From a bacterium (GTDB taxonomy: Bacteria; Patescibacteriota; Dojkabacteria; JAOAGR01; JBAXGO01), in assembly GCA_037139335.1 (NCBI GenBank), contig JBAXGO010000004.1, positions 1 to 40,062 of the forward strand: a stretch of 40,062 bases of DNA, in the 5' to 3' direction. This document shows, piece by piece, positions 1-10,619 of the stretch. Position numbers and translations under genes: made by a program. Within the stretch, counting starts at the first letter, position 1. Each line of letters starts with the position of its first letter. The notes beneath the pieces are model-generated. The model had not been told where the DNA came from. It saw only the letters and a list, made by a program, of their open reading frames with translations, and ran no database searches.

Positions 1-122
1 CTACAGAAAACCAATTGAAGTTTTTAACGAATTTTTATTTAACTGTTCGCTTTAGTAGTAGAATTCACCTAAGCAGAAAATATGATAAAATAACTAAAAG
101 CTATATTATTTTTCATATATTT

Positions 123-2330
123 ATGAATAGAATCATTACCAAATTAAATAAACTGCCAGCTTTCACAGCTAAAAAAATTATAAAAAGTTACGAAATAATA
201 AAAAAAAATGGTATTCGAGAATTTACTAAAGCTACGAGAGATTATTTGGTGCGAAGGTATCAGCTTAGAAAAAATCCACTGAGAAAAACTAAAATTAAGA
301 CTGTGCTTTTCATCTCTGGTTGTAATCTTGAAGCTCCAAATAGATATCGATGTATTTATCAAGCAGAAGCTTTGGAAAAGAATGGAATGTCTACTGATAT
401 CGTGGATTATATGGATTTCAAATCAGAAGATATCGATTATTATGATGTTATTTATTTGTACCGACTTCCTTTGATTCCAACTGTAGAGGAGGGGATTCTA
501 CGAGCAAAGAAGCAAAATAAGCTTGTGGTCTTTGATATTGACGACCTTCTTTTTGACGTCGAATATACCAAGGGAAAATATGAGGTTGAACAGATGTCAG
601 AAGATGATAGAAATTTATATTATGATGGAATTAACAGAACACAAAAGACGTTGCAGATGTGCGATTATGCCACAACTTCAACCGAGACAATTGCCTTAGA
701 ACTAAAAAAATATGTCAAAGAAGTTTTTGTTTCTCGAAATTCATTTGATGAAAGTTTATTAAAAAGATCCTTTGATGCAAGATTGTTGAAAAAAGATAAA
801 AATGACATATATTTGGGCTATTTCAGCGGTTCGGCGACTCATAATTTGGATTTTGAAATGATTGCAAATCCAGTTTTAAAAATATTAGAAAAATATTCAA
901 ATGTGAAACTTCTAATCGTAGGTCATCTGGATCTGCCCTCTTCGTTTGATAAATTTAAGGAGAGAGTAGAGTACAAAAATTTTGTACCATTTAAAGAACT
1001 TCAAAATCTTATTGCGGAAGTGGATATTAATCTGGCTCCACTTACAGATACATTATTTAACAATGCAAAAAGCGAAATAAAGTATACTGAGGCTGCGCTT
1101 ATAAAAACACCTTCGGTTGCAAGTCCACGTGAAGCATTTCTTACAATCATTAAAGATGGTGTGAATGGATTCGTCGCACAAAATGAAGCTGAATGGTTCG
1201 AAAAAATATCTAATCTGGTTGAAGATAAAAAATTAAGAAATGATATTGCCGATAAAGCTTTTTCAGATGTTGAAAAAAAGTATTCTACAAAAAATATTGG
1301 AATTGGCTTATCTAAATTTTTGAAAAGTCATATGGCACCTAAGGTAGCGTATATTATTCCAACAGATAATATTGCTGGAGGACAGATCGTTAATTTGAAA
1401 CATGTAAACGAACTTCAAAATAGAGGCTATAATACCTTGTTAATTTCACATGATACAAAACTTCATCATAATATTGATTGGTTCCCAAATCAAAATGTAC
1501 CTATAGTTTCTGGTTCTGCTTTGGATGATGCTCATGTAAATATAGATATTTTAGTTTCTACTTTGTGGACTACTGTTGATCAAATGAGAAATTATTCATT
1601 TGCAAAAAGGAAAATATATTTAGTTCAAAATAAAGAGCAATTCTTTTATAAACCCGGTACTTTTACTTTTGATGCTGCTGAAGCAACTTATTCTTTTCAT
1701 GACATCGAGTATTTTACAATCTCAAAATGGTGCGAAGATTGGTTAAAGAAAGAATATAATCAAGACTCAACATATATTCCAAATGGTTTGGATACGACAA
1801 TGTTTTATCCAGAAAAAAATAAAATTAGTAATAAGAGAATTATTATTGAAGGAAATTCTACAGACGATTATAAGAATGTTGATGAAGCATTTCAAATTAT
1901 TGATAAATTAAAAGATGATATAGAAGTTTGGTATGTCAGCTATGGTGGTGAAAAGAAAGACTGGTATAAAGTAGATAAATCATTTAATAAAATACCATTA
2001 GCGAAGATGAGAGAACTATATGTTTCATGCGATATATTATTAAAAACATCTAAATTAGAAAGCTTTTCATATCCTCCTATGGAAATGATGGCTTGTGGTG
2101 GTGTCTGTGTTGTTGCAGAAAATGGAGGAAATAAGGAATATGTTATAGATGAATATAATGCATTGACTTATAAAGTGGGAGATATAGAAATGGCTGTAAA
2201 ACAGATCCAAAGATTACTATTTGATAATAATCTTTGCGAAAAATTAAGACAAAATGGGTTTGAAACAGTGAAAGGCAGAGATTGGAAGGTGGTAATTGAT
2301 CAGCTGGAGAAGGCTTATTTTCCTGCCTGA
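123..2330 (+). CDS. Two-domain GT-B glycosyltransferase (tandem GT4-like domains)
   Basis: N-half has RYRC, FDIDD, GYFSGS.TH and KSEIKY.EA motifs. C-half has GGQIV and ESFSYPPMEMMACG. Start moved from the track's TTG at 15 to ATG at 123 because an extended -10 (TGATAAAAT, 83-91) lies upstream of it. Confidence 0.85.
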   Translation: MNRIITKLNKLPAFTAKKIIKSYEIIKKNGIREFTKATRDYLVRRYQLRKNPLRKTKIKTVLFISGCNLEAPNRYRCIYQAEALEKNGMSTDIVDYMDFKSEDIDYYDVIYLYRLPLIPTVEEGILRAKKQNKLVVFDIDDLLFDVEYTKGKYEVEQMSEDDRNLYYDGINRTQKTLQMCDYATTSTETIALELKKYVKEVFVSRNSFDESLLKRSFDARLLKKDKNDIYLGYFSGSATHNLDFEMIANPVLKILEKYSNVKLLIVGHLDLPSSFDKFKERVEYKNFVPFKELQNLIAEVDINLAPLTDTLFNNAKSEIKYTEAALIKTPSVASPREAFLTIIKDGVNGFVAQNEAEWFEKISNLVEDKKLRNDIADKAFSDVEKKYSTKNIGIGLSKFLKSHMAPKVAYIIPTDNIAGGQIVNLKHVNELQNRGYNTLLISHDTKLHHNIDWFPNQNVPIVSGSALDDAHVNIDILVSTLWTTVDQMRNYSFAKRKIYLVQNKEQFFYKPGTFTFDAAEATYSFHDIEYFTISKWCEDWLKKEYNQDSTYIPNGLDTTMFYPEKNKISNKRIIIEGNSTDDYKNVDEAFQIIDKLKDDIEVWYVSYGGEKKDWYKVDKSFNKIPLAKMRELYVSCDILLKTSKLESFSYPPMEMMACGGVCVVAENGGNKEYVIDEYNALTYKVGDIEMAVKQIQRLLFDNNLCEKLRQNGFETVKGRDWKVVIDQLEKAYFPA

Positions 2331-2370
2331 GTAAATTTTAAATATTTATCTGTCTCCCGCCCTACCTTTC

Positions 2371-2652
2371 TATGTCAACCCGAATCCTCTGTAGCTCCTA
2401 CTTCACTTAAGTTACTTAGGATAAATTTAGCGTAAGAGGAGGGGGATCTCGTTGGATTAATTAAAATAGGACGGAATGAACACACCCCGCCTTCGGCACC
2501 CCTCTTCCCAGAGGGGACTGGGAGAGGGAGAATGAACACGCCCCGCCTGTTCTTTCTCCCTCTCCATCATTTATGCTACTTTACAAGGGAGGGATTTTTT
2601 GAAGACAAGTGTAACAAAGAAGAATGTATTCCTGATCAAGTCAGGAATGACA
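2371..2652. repeat. REP-like hairpin mosaic I (convergent intergenic region)
   Basis: 2371-2464 matches 19593-19686 (4 mismatches). 2459-2552 matches 12265-12358. A hairpin TTCCTGATCAAGTCAGGAATGACA lies at about 2629-2652. Confidence 0.85.
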
Positions 2653-2677
2653 AAAACTCTTAATTTTTAATAAGTAA

Positions 2678-3412
2678 TCACTTTACTTCTTTTCTCATTT
2701 TGAAAACCATAATTAGAGCTTCTAAAAATATTTTCTTGCTCATTTTTGATTTTCCAACAGTCCTATCAGGAAAAGTAATTGGAATTTCTTTTATAATGAA
2801 ACCTTTCTTGTATGTTCTATATTTTAATTCGATTTGGAAGGAATAACCGTTAGATTTAATTCCATCTAGATCAATCTTTTCCAATACATTTTTTCTGTAT
2901 AAATTATAACCTCCTGTAAGATCCCTAATTTTTAATCCTAATATTGTTCTTGCGTATAAACTTCCCCCTTTACTAATTATTTTTCTAATAATTCCCCAAT
3001 TCTCTACAGTTCCACCTTTCACATATCTAGAACCTATTACTAAATCAGCATTTTTTACTTCGATTAAAAAGTTTTTTATATATTTGGGTTGATGAGAAAA
3101 ATCTGCATCCATTTCCATAATATAATCTGCATTATATTTTATAGCTTCTTTGAAACCTCTAATATATGCTGTTCCAAGTCCAAGTTTTCCCTCTCTACGA
3201 ATAATATTTATTTTCAAAAATTTAAATTTTCCTTCGATCTTTCCTATTTCATTTTCCAAAATATCAGCTGTTTTATCCGGTGAATTATCGTCAACTACGA
3301 TAACATTCACATTCATATCTAAACCTGTAATTGACTCGCCAATAGTCGTAATAATGTTACAGATATTATCTTTTTCGTTATAAGTCGGGATTACGATAGC
3401 TAATGTTTCCAT
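2678..3412 (-). CDS. Polyprenol-monophosphomannose synthase-like GT2 (DPM1/Ppm1 type)
   Basis: IPTYNE, VDDNSPD.T, GLGTAY..GF, MDADFSH.P, DLTGG, SNGYSFQIE, DR..GKSKM motifs. Confidence 0.88.
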   Translation of the reverse strand: METLAIVIPTYNEKDNICNIITTIGESITGLDMNVNVIVVDDNSPDKTADILENEIGKIEGKFKFLKINIIRREGKLGLGTAYIRGFKEAIKYNADYIMEMDADFSHQPKYIKNFLIEVKNADLVIGSRYVKGGTVENWGIIRKIISKGGSLYARTILGLKIRDLTGGYNLYRKNVLEKIDLDGIKSNGYSFQIELKYRTYKKGFIIKEIPITFPDRTVGKSKMSKKIFLEALIMVFKMRKEVK

Positions 3413-3413
3413 T

Positions 3414-4712
3414 TTATTTCTTCTTAAATATTAATCTTGTTTCAGTAATGATCAGTTTAATGATGAAAATCATTAAAGAAATTATTGCTACATTTCTAAT
3501 AATTGAGATTATAAGGGAAAAATCTTTTTTTTGCATTAGTTCCCAAAAGAAAATAGGAAAAACTAATGTTGTTAAAATACTAATCATAGCTACTAGTGAA
3601 ATAAATATAATTTCATCTCTTTTTCTAAAATTACTTATTAAAGGAATCAATGGGAGTAAACATACTATCCATAAGATATATTGAGGTGATAATACTTTGT
3701 TAAAAATGATAAATATTAATGTTACTAAAACAGAGTACAAAATCGTCAAATTAATCATACTATTTTTTGAAATCATTTTCTTTTTAAAAAGAAAACATTT
3801 ACTCATAAAAAAGTATGCACAAATTGTGAACAATCCAATAAGTGGTAAGGCTACTTTACCAATATTCTTCGCATAGTCGTTAGTAATTTCTATTGCACCG
3901 TTCTGAAAAGCAAACTGATTGTCAACTTTGTCAGCAATTTCCAAAATATATAACGGTGATGAATAAACACTTTCTATTTCAATATCTCTTTTTGTTTGGT
4001 AATTCATGAATGTTTGAAAATTTTTGAATCCGCCAATTATAAATATTAAACTCAAACAGCATATTAAAAAACTGATGCCAGCAGAAATAATTAAGGATTT
4101 ATATTTTTTTCTATTTAATTCAATAATTATATAAATAGGTAAAATAACTATTGGGTAAATTTTCAATGAAAAAGCTATCATTAATAGTGCTATGGAAAAA
4201 TATAAATATTTATTATTTTCACTCTTTAAATAATATATAAAAATAAATATTGAAGTAGTTGTAAATATGCCTGGAATTAAGTCAAATCTAGCATAAGTCA
4301 AATTAAAAAGTATTGTTAGAAGAATTAAAATTATCGATATATAACTTAATATTCTCTTTATTGATACTTTAAAATATTTTAAAACAGAATAAGTTATAGT
4401 TAAAAAAATTGATATCCAAACACCTATTGTTAAAATATATAATGCAATAAATTTCCCGTTAGATAAGCCTGGAATTATTGCTGCTGGGATTCCTATAAAA
4501 AATGGAGCTAACGGTGGATATTCTATAAAAAAATTAATGTAGGGTAGTTTAAAAGAATTTAAATTTTGATAAATAGAGTAATAAAGAGGTCCTTCTCCTG
4601 TCCAGGTGAAAGAATGAAATAATTGTTTAGCAAAAATAGCCAATGATATAAAGAATATTGCATTTATTAATAACAATATAATGAATAAATAGTTAGATTT
4701 AATATTTTTCAT
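3414..4712 (-). CDS. Multi-TM GT-C glycosyltransferase (GT87/PimE-like)
   Basis: About 11 hydrophobic segments. Motifs EYPP, RFDL.P, KIYP, R.IEIES and NKVLSPQY..W are typical of GT87-like proteins. Confidence 0.75.
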   Translation of the reverse strand: MKNIKSNYLFIILLLINAIFFISLAIFAKQLFHSFTWTGEGPLYYSIYQNLNSFKLPYINFFIEYPPLAPFFIGIPAAIIPGLSNGKFIALYILTIGVWISIFLTITYSVLKYFKVSIKRILSYISIILILLTILFNLTYARFDLIPGIFTTTSIFIFIYYLKSENNKYLYFSIALLMIAFSLKIYPIVILPIYIIIELNRKKYKSLIISAGISFLICCLSLIFIIGGFKNFQTFMNYQTKRDIEIESVYSSPLYILEIADKVDNQFAFQNGAIEITNDYAKNIGKVALPLIGLFTICAYFFMSKCFLFKKKMISKNSMINLTILYSVLVTLIFIIFNKVLSPQYILWIVCLLPLIPLISNFRKRDEIIFISLVAMISILTTLVFPIFFWELMQKKDFSLIISIIRNVAIISLMIFIIKLIITETRLIFKKK

Positions 4713-6268
4713 TTTATAATTCTATAAACTTTATATTGTTGAGATGTAGAAACATATGTATAGTCTTTATTTATTAATTGTTGAAATCGACTATCGTAAG
4801 AGCTAAATTTATCTGAGTTAATAATAATGTATTCAGCTTTGTTTCTTAAATCATTAACAAATTTATTCATATCAGCTTTATCCAAAACAGTGTGATAGAG
4901 AGCAGTATATTTTACTGCATCACTAGCGTCGGCGAGAGCGTAGTACCAAGGAATTTCATCAGCAACAAAAACTTCTTTATTTTTCAAAAATTTAGTATCT
5001 TCTACTAGCTGATTAATAGAATTTGCATCTAGATCTTTCAAGGTTGAATAATATTTTTTAGTGTCAATGCTTCCTATTTGAAATTTAATAAAATTAGAAT
5101 AATAAGAAAGAGTATTTGTAGGTGAGGCTACGCTTAATCCTTTATAAAATAATTGAAAGAAGAAAGTTGAAATGAAAAAAAGAAATACAAAATATTTAGT
5201 ATAAACAAATATGTTTTTTCCTTTAACCAAATTATAAAACATAGTACCAAGTAAAATAAACGAAGCCACAATTTGTAGAAGATAATGAGCGAAAGAACGT
5301 CCCGAAAACATTACTGAATATGCGGAAAATAAGAATAATAATACGATAAAAAAATTAAACTTATTATTAAAATAACCTTTTAAAAAGCCATATATTAAAA
5401 TTACACTTCCTAAGCCCAATAATAGCGTCCTTAATGGAAGTGAATCTTTAATTACAATAAAACCTAAAGATGCATTGGGACTTAGTGTTGCATAACTACG
5501 TCCTTGGGTCATAAGCATATTTATAAAATCAGATAAATTGCCTTGAAATAAAAATAACAATGTCATAACTATTGCTGGTAATGCAAAAAACGATACACTA
5601 ATTAACAGTTTCTTTGATAATAAAATTCTAAATGCATCTTTAATAGTAGTGAAATCACCAGTATATAAATAAATGAAAATATAAGCGGGAATTATTTCAA
5701 AAATAGGTAATGTTTTGAACATGAAGGCTATGCCAAAAAAAAGTCCGAATAATGCTAAGTTTTTACCTTTTCGTTCATTTGTATATTTAATTGCGTAGTA
5801 TAAACCAATCAATGAAAATGTAGTGAAAAAATTTTCTGCATTTGCAATGTTTCCTTCAAGTATTGGAGAACCAATGAAAAAGGCAAAAAGGATTCCAGGT
5901 ATTAGAAAAAACAAATCTTTTCTCTTTGTAAAATTATTTGCAAAAATTAGTATAAATAATTTATAAAAGAAAATGAGTGCAATTATTGCGGATATTAAAC
6001 CAGCAAATCTGAAAAAGAACTGATTAACTCCAAAAAATTTTATTATTGTCCCATATGTATAATAAATAAACGGTGTCTTGTTATCCCATACATCTTTATA
6101 TAATAACTCACCATGATTCATTTCGTTTCCTATGGTAGCGTAAATTCCTTCATCACCATACCAGGTTGGTTCGAAAAGTGAAGGTAATTTGAAAATTATT
6201 AGTAAAAATATACATATTAATAATGCTTTATTCTTCAATAAATTTTTTAAAAAACTTCTAATATTCAT
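4709..6268 (-). CDS. Multi-TM GT-C glycosyltransferase (ArnT/PMT-like)
   Basis: WYGDEGIY..G, LYKDVWDNK.P, NAENF and HYLLQ motifs, polytopic. Its stop overlaps the next gene's start. Confidence 0.78.
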   Translation of the reverse strand: MNIRSFLKNLLKNKALLICIFLLIIFKLPSLFEPTWYGDEGIYATIGNEMNHGELLYKDVWDNKTPFIYYTYGTIIKFFGVNQFFFRFAGLISAIIALIFFYKLFILIFANNFTKRKDLFFLIPGILFAFFIGSPILEGNIANAENFFTTFSLIGLYYAIKYTNERKGKNLALFGLFFGIAFMFKTLPIFEIIPAYIFIYLYTGDFTTIKDAFRILLSKKLLISVSFFALPAIVMTLLFLFQGNLSDFINMLMTQGRSYATLSPNASLGFIVIKDSLPLRTLLLGLGSVILIYGFLKGYFNNKFNFFIVLLFLFSAYSVMFSGRSFAHYLLQIVASFILLGTMFYNLVKGKNIFVYTKYFVFLFFISTFFFQLFYKGLSVASPTNTLSYYSNFIKFQIGSIDTKKYYSTLKDLDANSINQLVEDTKFLKNKEVFVADEIPWYYALADASDAVKYTALYHTVLDKADMNKFVNDLRNKAEYIIINSDKFSSYDSRFQQLINKDYTYVSTSQQYKVYRIIK

Positions 6269-6398
6269 AAATTATTATATAACCTATTTCGCTATGATAT
6301 ATATTTTATTAAGTTTTTACTAGTGGATCTCATTCTGCAATGTAAAATTTGCCTTAAAGAGTATATAATTTCATTATAATAAATTTGAGAGTAATAAT

Positions 6399-7379
6399 AT
6401 GAAACTTATTTCTTTTGTATTTCCAGTATATAACGAAGAACTTGGTTTGGATAAGCTTTATGAGGAAATGTCCAAGATAATGGCACAAATTCAAGATAAA
6501 TACGAATCTGAAATTGTTTTCGTTAATGACGGAAGTAAGGATGGAACAATTGAAAAACTAGTTTCTATGCAAGAAAAAGATGATAGGCTTAACGTAATAA
6601 ATTTTTCGAGAAATTTTCGTCAACAAATGGCTATAACCGCAGGTTTAGATTATGCTTCTGGCGATGCTGTAATTGTCATGGACGCAGACCTTCAAGATCC
6701 ACCACAAGTTGCTCTCGAACTAATACAGAAATGGGAAGAAGGTTATGAGGTTGTTTATGCCCAAAGACGAAAGAGAAAGGATCCAATAATAAAGAGAACT
6801 ATTTCATATTTTTATTATAGAATTTTGGATAAATTAACTGAAATTAAAATACCAAAGGATGTTGGCGAATTTCGGCTTCTAGATCGTAAGGTTGTGGACT
6901 ATGTAAATCAGTTTCGTGAAAAAAATCGATTTTTTAGAGGTATTTATACTTATGTAGGTTTCAAACAAACGGCAGTTTTATACGATAAAAACGAAAGATA
7001 TGCAGGAACCGCAAAATTCAAGTTTAGCCATAGTTTGAAATTAGCTCTAGATGGAATTATGGGCTTTTCTACAGCACCACTCAAAATGATAACTCAATTT
7101 GGATTTTTCGTTACTTTGCTAAGTTTTATTGGAATAGTTTATGAAATTATATTAAAACTTTTTTTCCCGCCAAGCGTAGCTCCAACAGGTACTACCTTTA
7201 TTGTAATATCAGTTCTTTTCATTGGTGGTGTACAAATGATGATGCTAGGCGTATTAGGCTCCTACATAGGACGTATTTATACTGAGGTTCAGAATAGACC
7301 ATTATATATAGTATCATCGGTTTATAGTAAAAAGGATTTTCATGGAAAAAATAAAACAACTAGCGAAACATCGTTATAA
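6399..7379 (+). CDS. gtrB: GtrB-like bactoprenol glycosyltransferase (GT2 with two C-terminal TM helices)
   Basis: PVYNEE, VNDGSKD, FSRNF.QQ.A..AG, MDADLQDPP, FRLLDRKVV, two TMs then GRIY.EV..RP.Y. Confidence 0.85.
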   Translation: MKLISFVFPVYNEELGLDKLYEEMSKIMAQIQDKYESEIVFVNDGSKDGTIEKLVSMQEKDDRLNVINFSRNFRQQMAITAGLDYASGDAVIVMDADLQDPPQVALELIQKWEEGYEVVYAQRRKRKDPIIKRTISYFYYRILDKLTEIKIPKDVGEFRLLDRKVVDYVNQFREKNRFFRGIYTYVGFKQTAVLYDKNERYAGTAKFKFSHSLKLALDGIMGFSTAPLKMITQFGFFVTLLSFIGIVYEIILKLFFPPSVAPTGTTFIVISVLFIGGVQMMMLGVLGSYIGRIYTEVQNRPLYIVSSVYSKKDFHGKNKTTSETSL

Positions 7380-7758
7380 AAAGCATAAAAAACTTATAAA
7401 ATATTTAATTATTGGGGCATCTGGAGCAGGATTAGATTTAATTGTATTTACTTTATTTGTAAATATATTTCTTTGGAATCCATTTATCGTAAAAAGTTTT
7501 AGTACCACTTTGGGAATTACCAATAATTTCATATTAAACATTATGTTTAATTTCAAAGTGCGGGATGAAATTTTAAAAAGATTTTTATACTTTTTTTCAA
7601 CTGGAATATTCGGATTACTCCTTTCTCTAGGCATATTTTGGATATTTATTACAAATCTTGGCTGGGATAAAAATATTGTAAATCTAATAACTATTGTTGT
7701 TGTTATTTTAGTTCAATATAATCTAAACAAACATATTTCATTCGGAGAGAAGAAATGA
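7342..7758 (+). CDS. gtrA: GtrA-family lipid-linked sugar flippase
   Basis: 138 aa, four TMs, KYLIIG, NNFILN..F.FK and YNLNK.ISF pattern. Overlaps the gtrB end. Confidence 0.85.
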   Translation: MEKIKQLAKHRYKKHKKLIKYLIIGASGAGLDLIVFTLFVNIFLWNPFIVKSFSTTLGITNNFILNIMFNFKVRDEILKRFLYFFSTGIFGLLLSLGIFWIFITNLGWDKNIVNLITIVVVILVQYNLNKHISFGEKK

Positions 7759-9089
7759 AAAGGATTGCCGTTATTGGTGGAGGTTATACTGGACTAACTG
7801 CTGCTTATCGCTTATCTCAAGCTGGTTATACAGTTACAATATATGAAAAATCTGAAGATTTCGGAGGTCTCACTTCTGGCTTCGAAATTCAAGGACAAAA
7901 TCTGGAAAAAACATATCATCATATTTTCAGAACAGATAAGGATATTATTAATCTAGCAAAAGAACTGGGAATAGGGGATAAATTATTGTGGCTAAAAAGT
8001 TCAATGGGGATTTTATCTGATGGACAAATATGGGAATTTGGTACTCCAAAATCACTTTTGAAATTTAAACCACTAGCTTTCATAAATAGAATTAGATATG
8101 GTATTACACTTTTGTACCTTGCAAAATCAAATAATTGGAAAAAATTTGAAAAAGTTCCTGCATATAAATGGGTCGAAAAGTGGTCAGGTAAACAAGCTAT
8201 GAATGTAATCTGGGAGCCATTATTAAAAGGAAAATTCGATAGGTTCTATAATAGGGTTTCCATGGCTTGGTTATGGGCAAGAATTCATACTAGGGGGAAC
8301 TCTCAAGAAAAAGGAGGAGAGAAGCTAGGATATTTTTCTGGTGGTTTCAATACTTTTACACAAAAATTAATTGAAGAATTAAAAAAGAATGGAGTTAATT
8401 TAATAAATAATGCTGACATAACTTATCTATCATCAAATCTAAATAGTGATGATGATATGGTGAAGTTGAAAATAAAAAGAGATGGGAAAGAAAGTACTGA
8501 AGTTTTTCATAAAGTAATTATTACAATACCTTCATTTTCTCTTGCCAGAATTATTGAGGGAAATGTCTTTGGTATTGAAGATTATATTAAAAAATTAGAT
8601 AGTATCGATTATATTGGAGCTGTAGTAGCAATCTTTACCTCAGATCAGGAATTGGGTAAATATTATTGGAATAATATTAATGATACAAATATTCCATTTT
8701 TAGCATTTATTAATCATACGAAGCTTGTAGATAAATCTGTTTATAATAATAAGAATATTTATTACATAGGTTCATACGTTGATCATAATCATAAATATTT
8801 TGAAATGAAAGATGAGGATATAATGAAAGATTGGTTCAATGGTGTAAAAAAAATATTTCCAGAATTTACTGAAGAAAAAATTATTGATAAAAAATTATTC
8901 AAATTTAAATATGCTCAGCATATTGTAGATACAGATTACGCAGAAAAAATTCCTCATCATAAAACACCTTTGAAGGGAGTATATTTAGCTAATTTTTCAC
9001 AAATATATCCCGAAGACAGGGGCACAAATTTTGCTGTCAGAGAAGGGAATCTGATTGCAAAAATGCTGATAAGTGAAGAAAAAAATTAA
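7755..9089 (+). CDS. FAD-dependent oxidoreductase (protoporphyrinogen oxidase/amine oxidase-like fold)
   Basis: N-terminal GGGYTGLTAAY.L...G..V.IYEK....GG dinucleotide-binding motif, YHHIF, QIYPEDRGTN. ATGA overlap with gtrA. Confidence 0.8.
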   Translation: MKRIAVIGGGYTGLTAAYRLSQAGYTVTIYEKSEDFGGLTSGFEIQGQNLEKTYHHIFRTDKDIINLAKELGIGDKLLWLKSSMGILSDGQIWEFGTPKSLLKFKPLAFINRIRYGITLLYLAKSNNWKKFEKVPAYKWVEKWSGKQAMNVIWEPLLKGKFDRFYNRVSMAWLWARIHTRGNSQEKGGEKLGYFSGGFNTFTQKLIEELKKNGVNLINNADITYLSSNLNSDDDMVKLKIKRDGKESTEVFHKVIITIPSFSLARIIEGNVFGIEDYIKKLDSIDYIGAVVAIFTSDQELGKYYWNNINDTNIPFLAFINHTKLVDKSVYNNKNIYYIGSYVDHNHKYFEMKDEDIMKDWFNGVKKIFPEFTEEKIIDKKLFKFKYAQHIVDTDYAEKIPHHKTPLKGVYLANFSQIYPEDRGTNFAVREGNLIAKMLISEEKN

Positions 9090-9119
9090 GTCCTGTTTGA
9101 TTTTGTCATTTTTTATGTT

Positions 9120-9440
9120 CACTAAATCCATCCCTCCGGGAGGAAGAGTTTTGTGTAATAAGAGGCGGGGTGTGTTCATTATATTATTCTCCCCTTATAT
9201 AAAGTGATAGCTCAAATTATTTAATTATATTTATTTATAACTATCTAATACGTAATTAGCCCTTCGACAGATGTCAGTTAGGACAGAGAGGTTAGATGCC
9301 GCTCAGCGGCATGACAAATCAGCGGGCGGAAGGGGTTTGCGTTGTTTTAAAATATTCCGACGATATCCATCATTTCATTCGGGATTGTGGATGACATAGA
9401 AATGATGGACGATATGCTAATTAGTGGCGTGACATATTTT
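9120..9440. repeat. REP-like hairpin mosaic II (convergent intergenic region)
   Basis: Minus-strand copies of AATGAACACACCCCGCCT, GTCATGCCGCTGAGCGGCATC and GTCACGCCACTAA modules. Contains a 112-bp block shared with mosaic III. Confidence 0.85.
9186..9297. repeat. 112-bp inverted repeat, left copy
   Basis: Reverse complement of 12396-12507 with 3 mismatches by manual alignment. Confidence 0.92.
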
Positions 9441-9479
9441 TAATTTTTAATTATTAACTTCAAACTTTTATCTTGTAGT

Positions 9480-10520
9480 TTATAAATATTCTTCAGGGAG
9501 TTGTTCTACTATTTTTTTTAATTCTGAAGCATAAGATAAGTCGCAGACTAGAATTGCGTCGGGTGATTCAATTATTGCAATATTTTTTACACCCATAAGT
9601 GCAACTTTCTTTTTAGTTAATACTAAATTTCTATCGGCTTCATATTTTGCTATTATGCTATTTTGCTGTCTCTTTCCCAATATTTCATATATTGTTCTCC
9701 AGTTACCGACATCGCTCCATAAAAAATTTCCAGGTATTACTATTCTTTTTTCTGCTTTTTCACAAATAACTTTTTCAAATGCAATTTTTTCGCATTGACT
9801 AAATAGATTATTTTTTTCTTCAATACCATCAGTATTAATATATTTCGTTATTAATTCATGTATTGTTTCAAATTGTTTTTTATATTCTTCCAAAATCCAT
9901 GACGCTTTGAATCCATAATTCCCCATGTTCCATAAATATTTCCAACTTTGAACAAATTTAATTGCGGTTTCTTTATCGGGCTTTTCAGTAAAACTATTTA
10001 TAGAAAAAATTAATTCACCATTAATTCTATCGATGGGGTCTCCCATTTCTATATACCCCAGTCCGGTATCTGGATAATTAGGATTAATACCAATTGCCAA
10101 AAGACTATCAGGGCGTTTTCCCAAAACTGCAAATAATGATTTCATAATTTTTATCACAGCTTCTGTGTCAGGGATGTAACTATCTGAATGTGTCGTACAA
10201 ATATATGCATCAGGATCAATTTTTGCAATATATGCAGCAATAAGACAAATTGCTGGACCTGTATCTCTTTTTGATGGTTCACAAATGAAATTTTGCTCAC
10301 TTATTTCTGGAATTTCTTTTTTACATTCTTCTAAATCATTTATGTTTACAGATATGTAAATATTACTATCTGGAAAACCATAAGCTACTCTCTCATATGT
10401 TTCTCTGAGTAAAGTTTTATCTGAAAATAATTTAGCAAATTGTTTTGGTTTTGATTTTGTAGATAATGGCCATAATCTGGTTCCTGAACCGCCTGCTAAG
10501 ATGCATATGTAATTTCCCAT
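9480..10520 (-). CDS. manC: Mannose-1-phosphate guanylyltransferase
   Basis: ILAGGSGTRLWPLS...PKQF, EP..RDTGPA, HSD, F.EKP, WSDVG.W. No C-terminal PMI cupin domain. Confidence 0.9.
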   Translation of the reverse strand: MGNYICILAGGSGTRLWPLSTKSKPKQFAKLFSDKTLLRETYERVAYGFPDSNIYISVNINDLEECKKEIPEISEQNFICEPSKRDTGPAICLIAAYIAKIDPDAYICTTHSDSYIPDTEAVIKIMKSLFAVLGKRPDSLLAIGINPNYPDTGLGYIEMGDPIDRINGELIFSINSFTEKPDKETAIKFVQSWKYLWNMGNYGFKASWILEEYKKQFETIHELITKYINTDGIEEKNNLFSQCEKIAFEKVICEKAEKRIVIPGNFLWSDVGNWRTIYEILGKRQQNSIIAKYEADRNLVLTKKKVALMGVKNIAIIESPDAILVCDLSYASELKKIVEQLPEEYL

Positions 10521-10619
10521 AAATTTCTCTTATTTGGTTACGATACTACCATGATTATAAATAATCAATATTATCGTAATTATGTGTTCGTGTTAAAATC
10601 GCTTAATTAATATTTTTTT

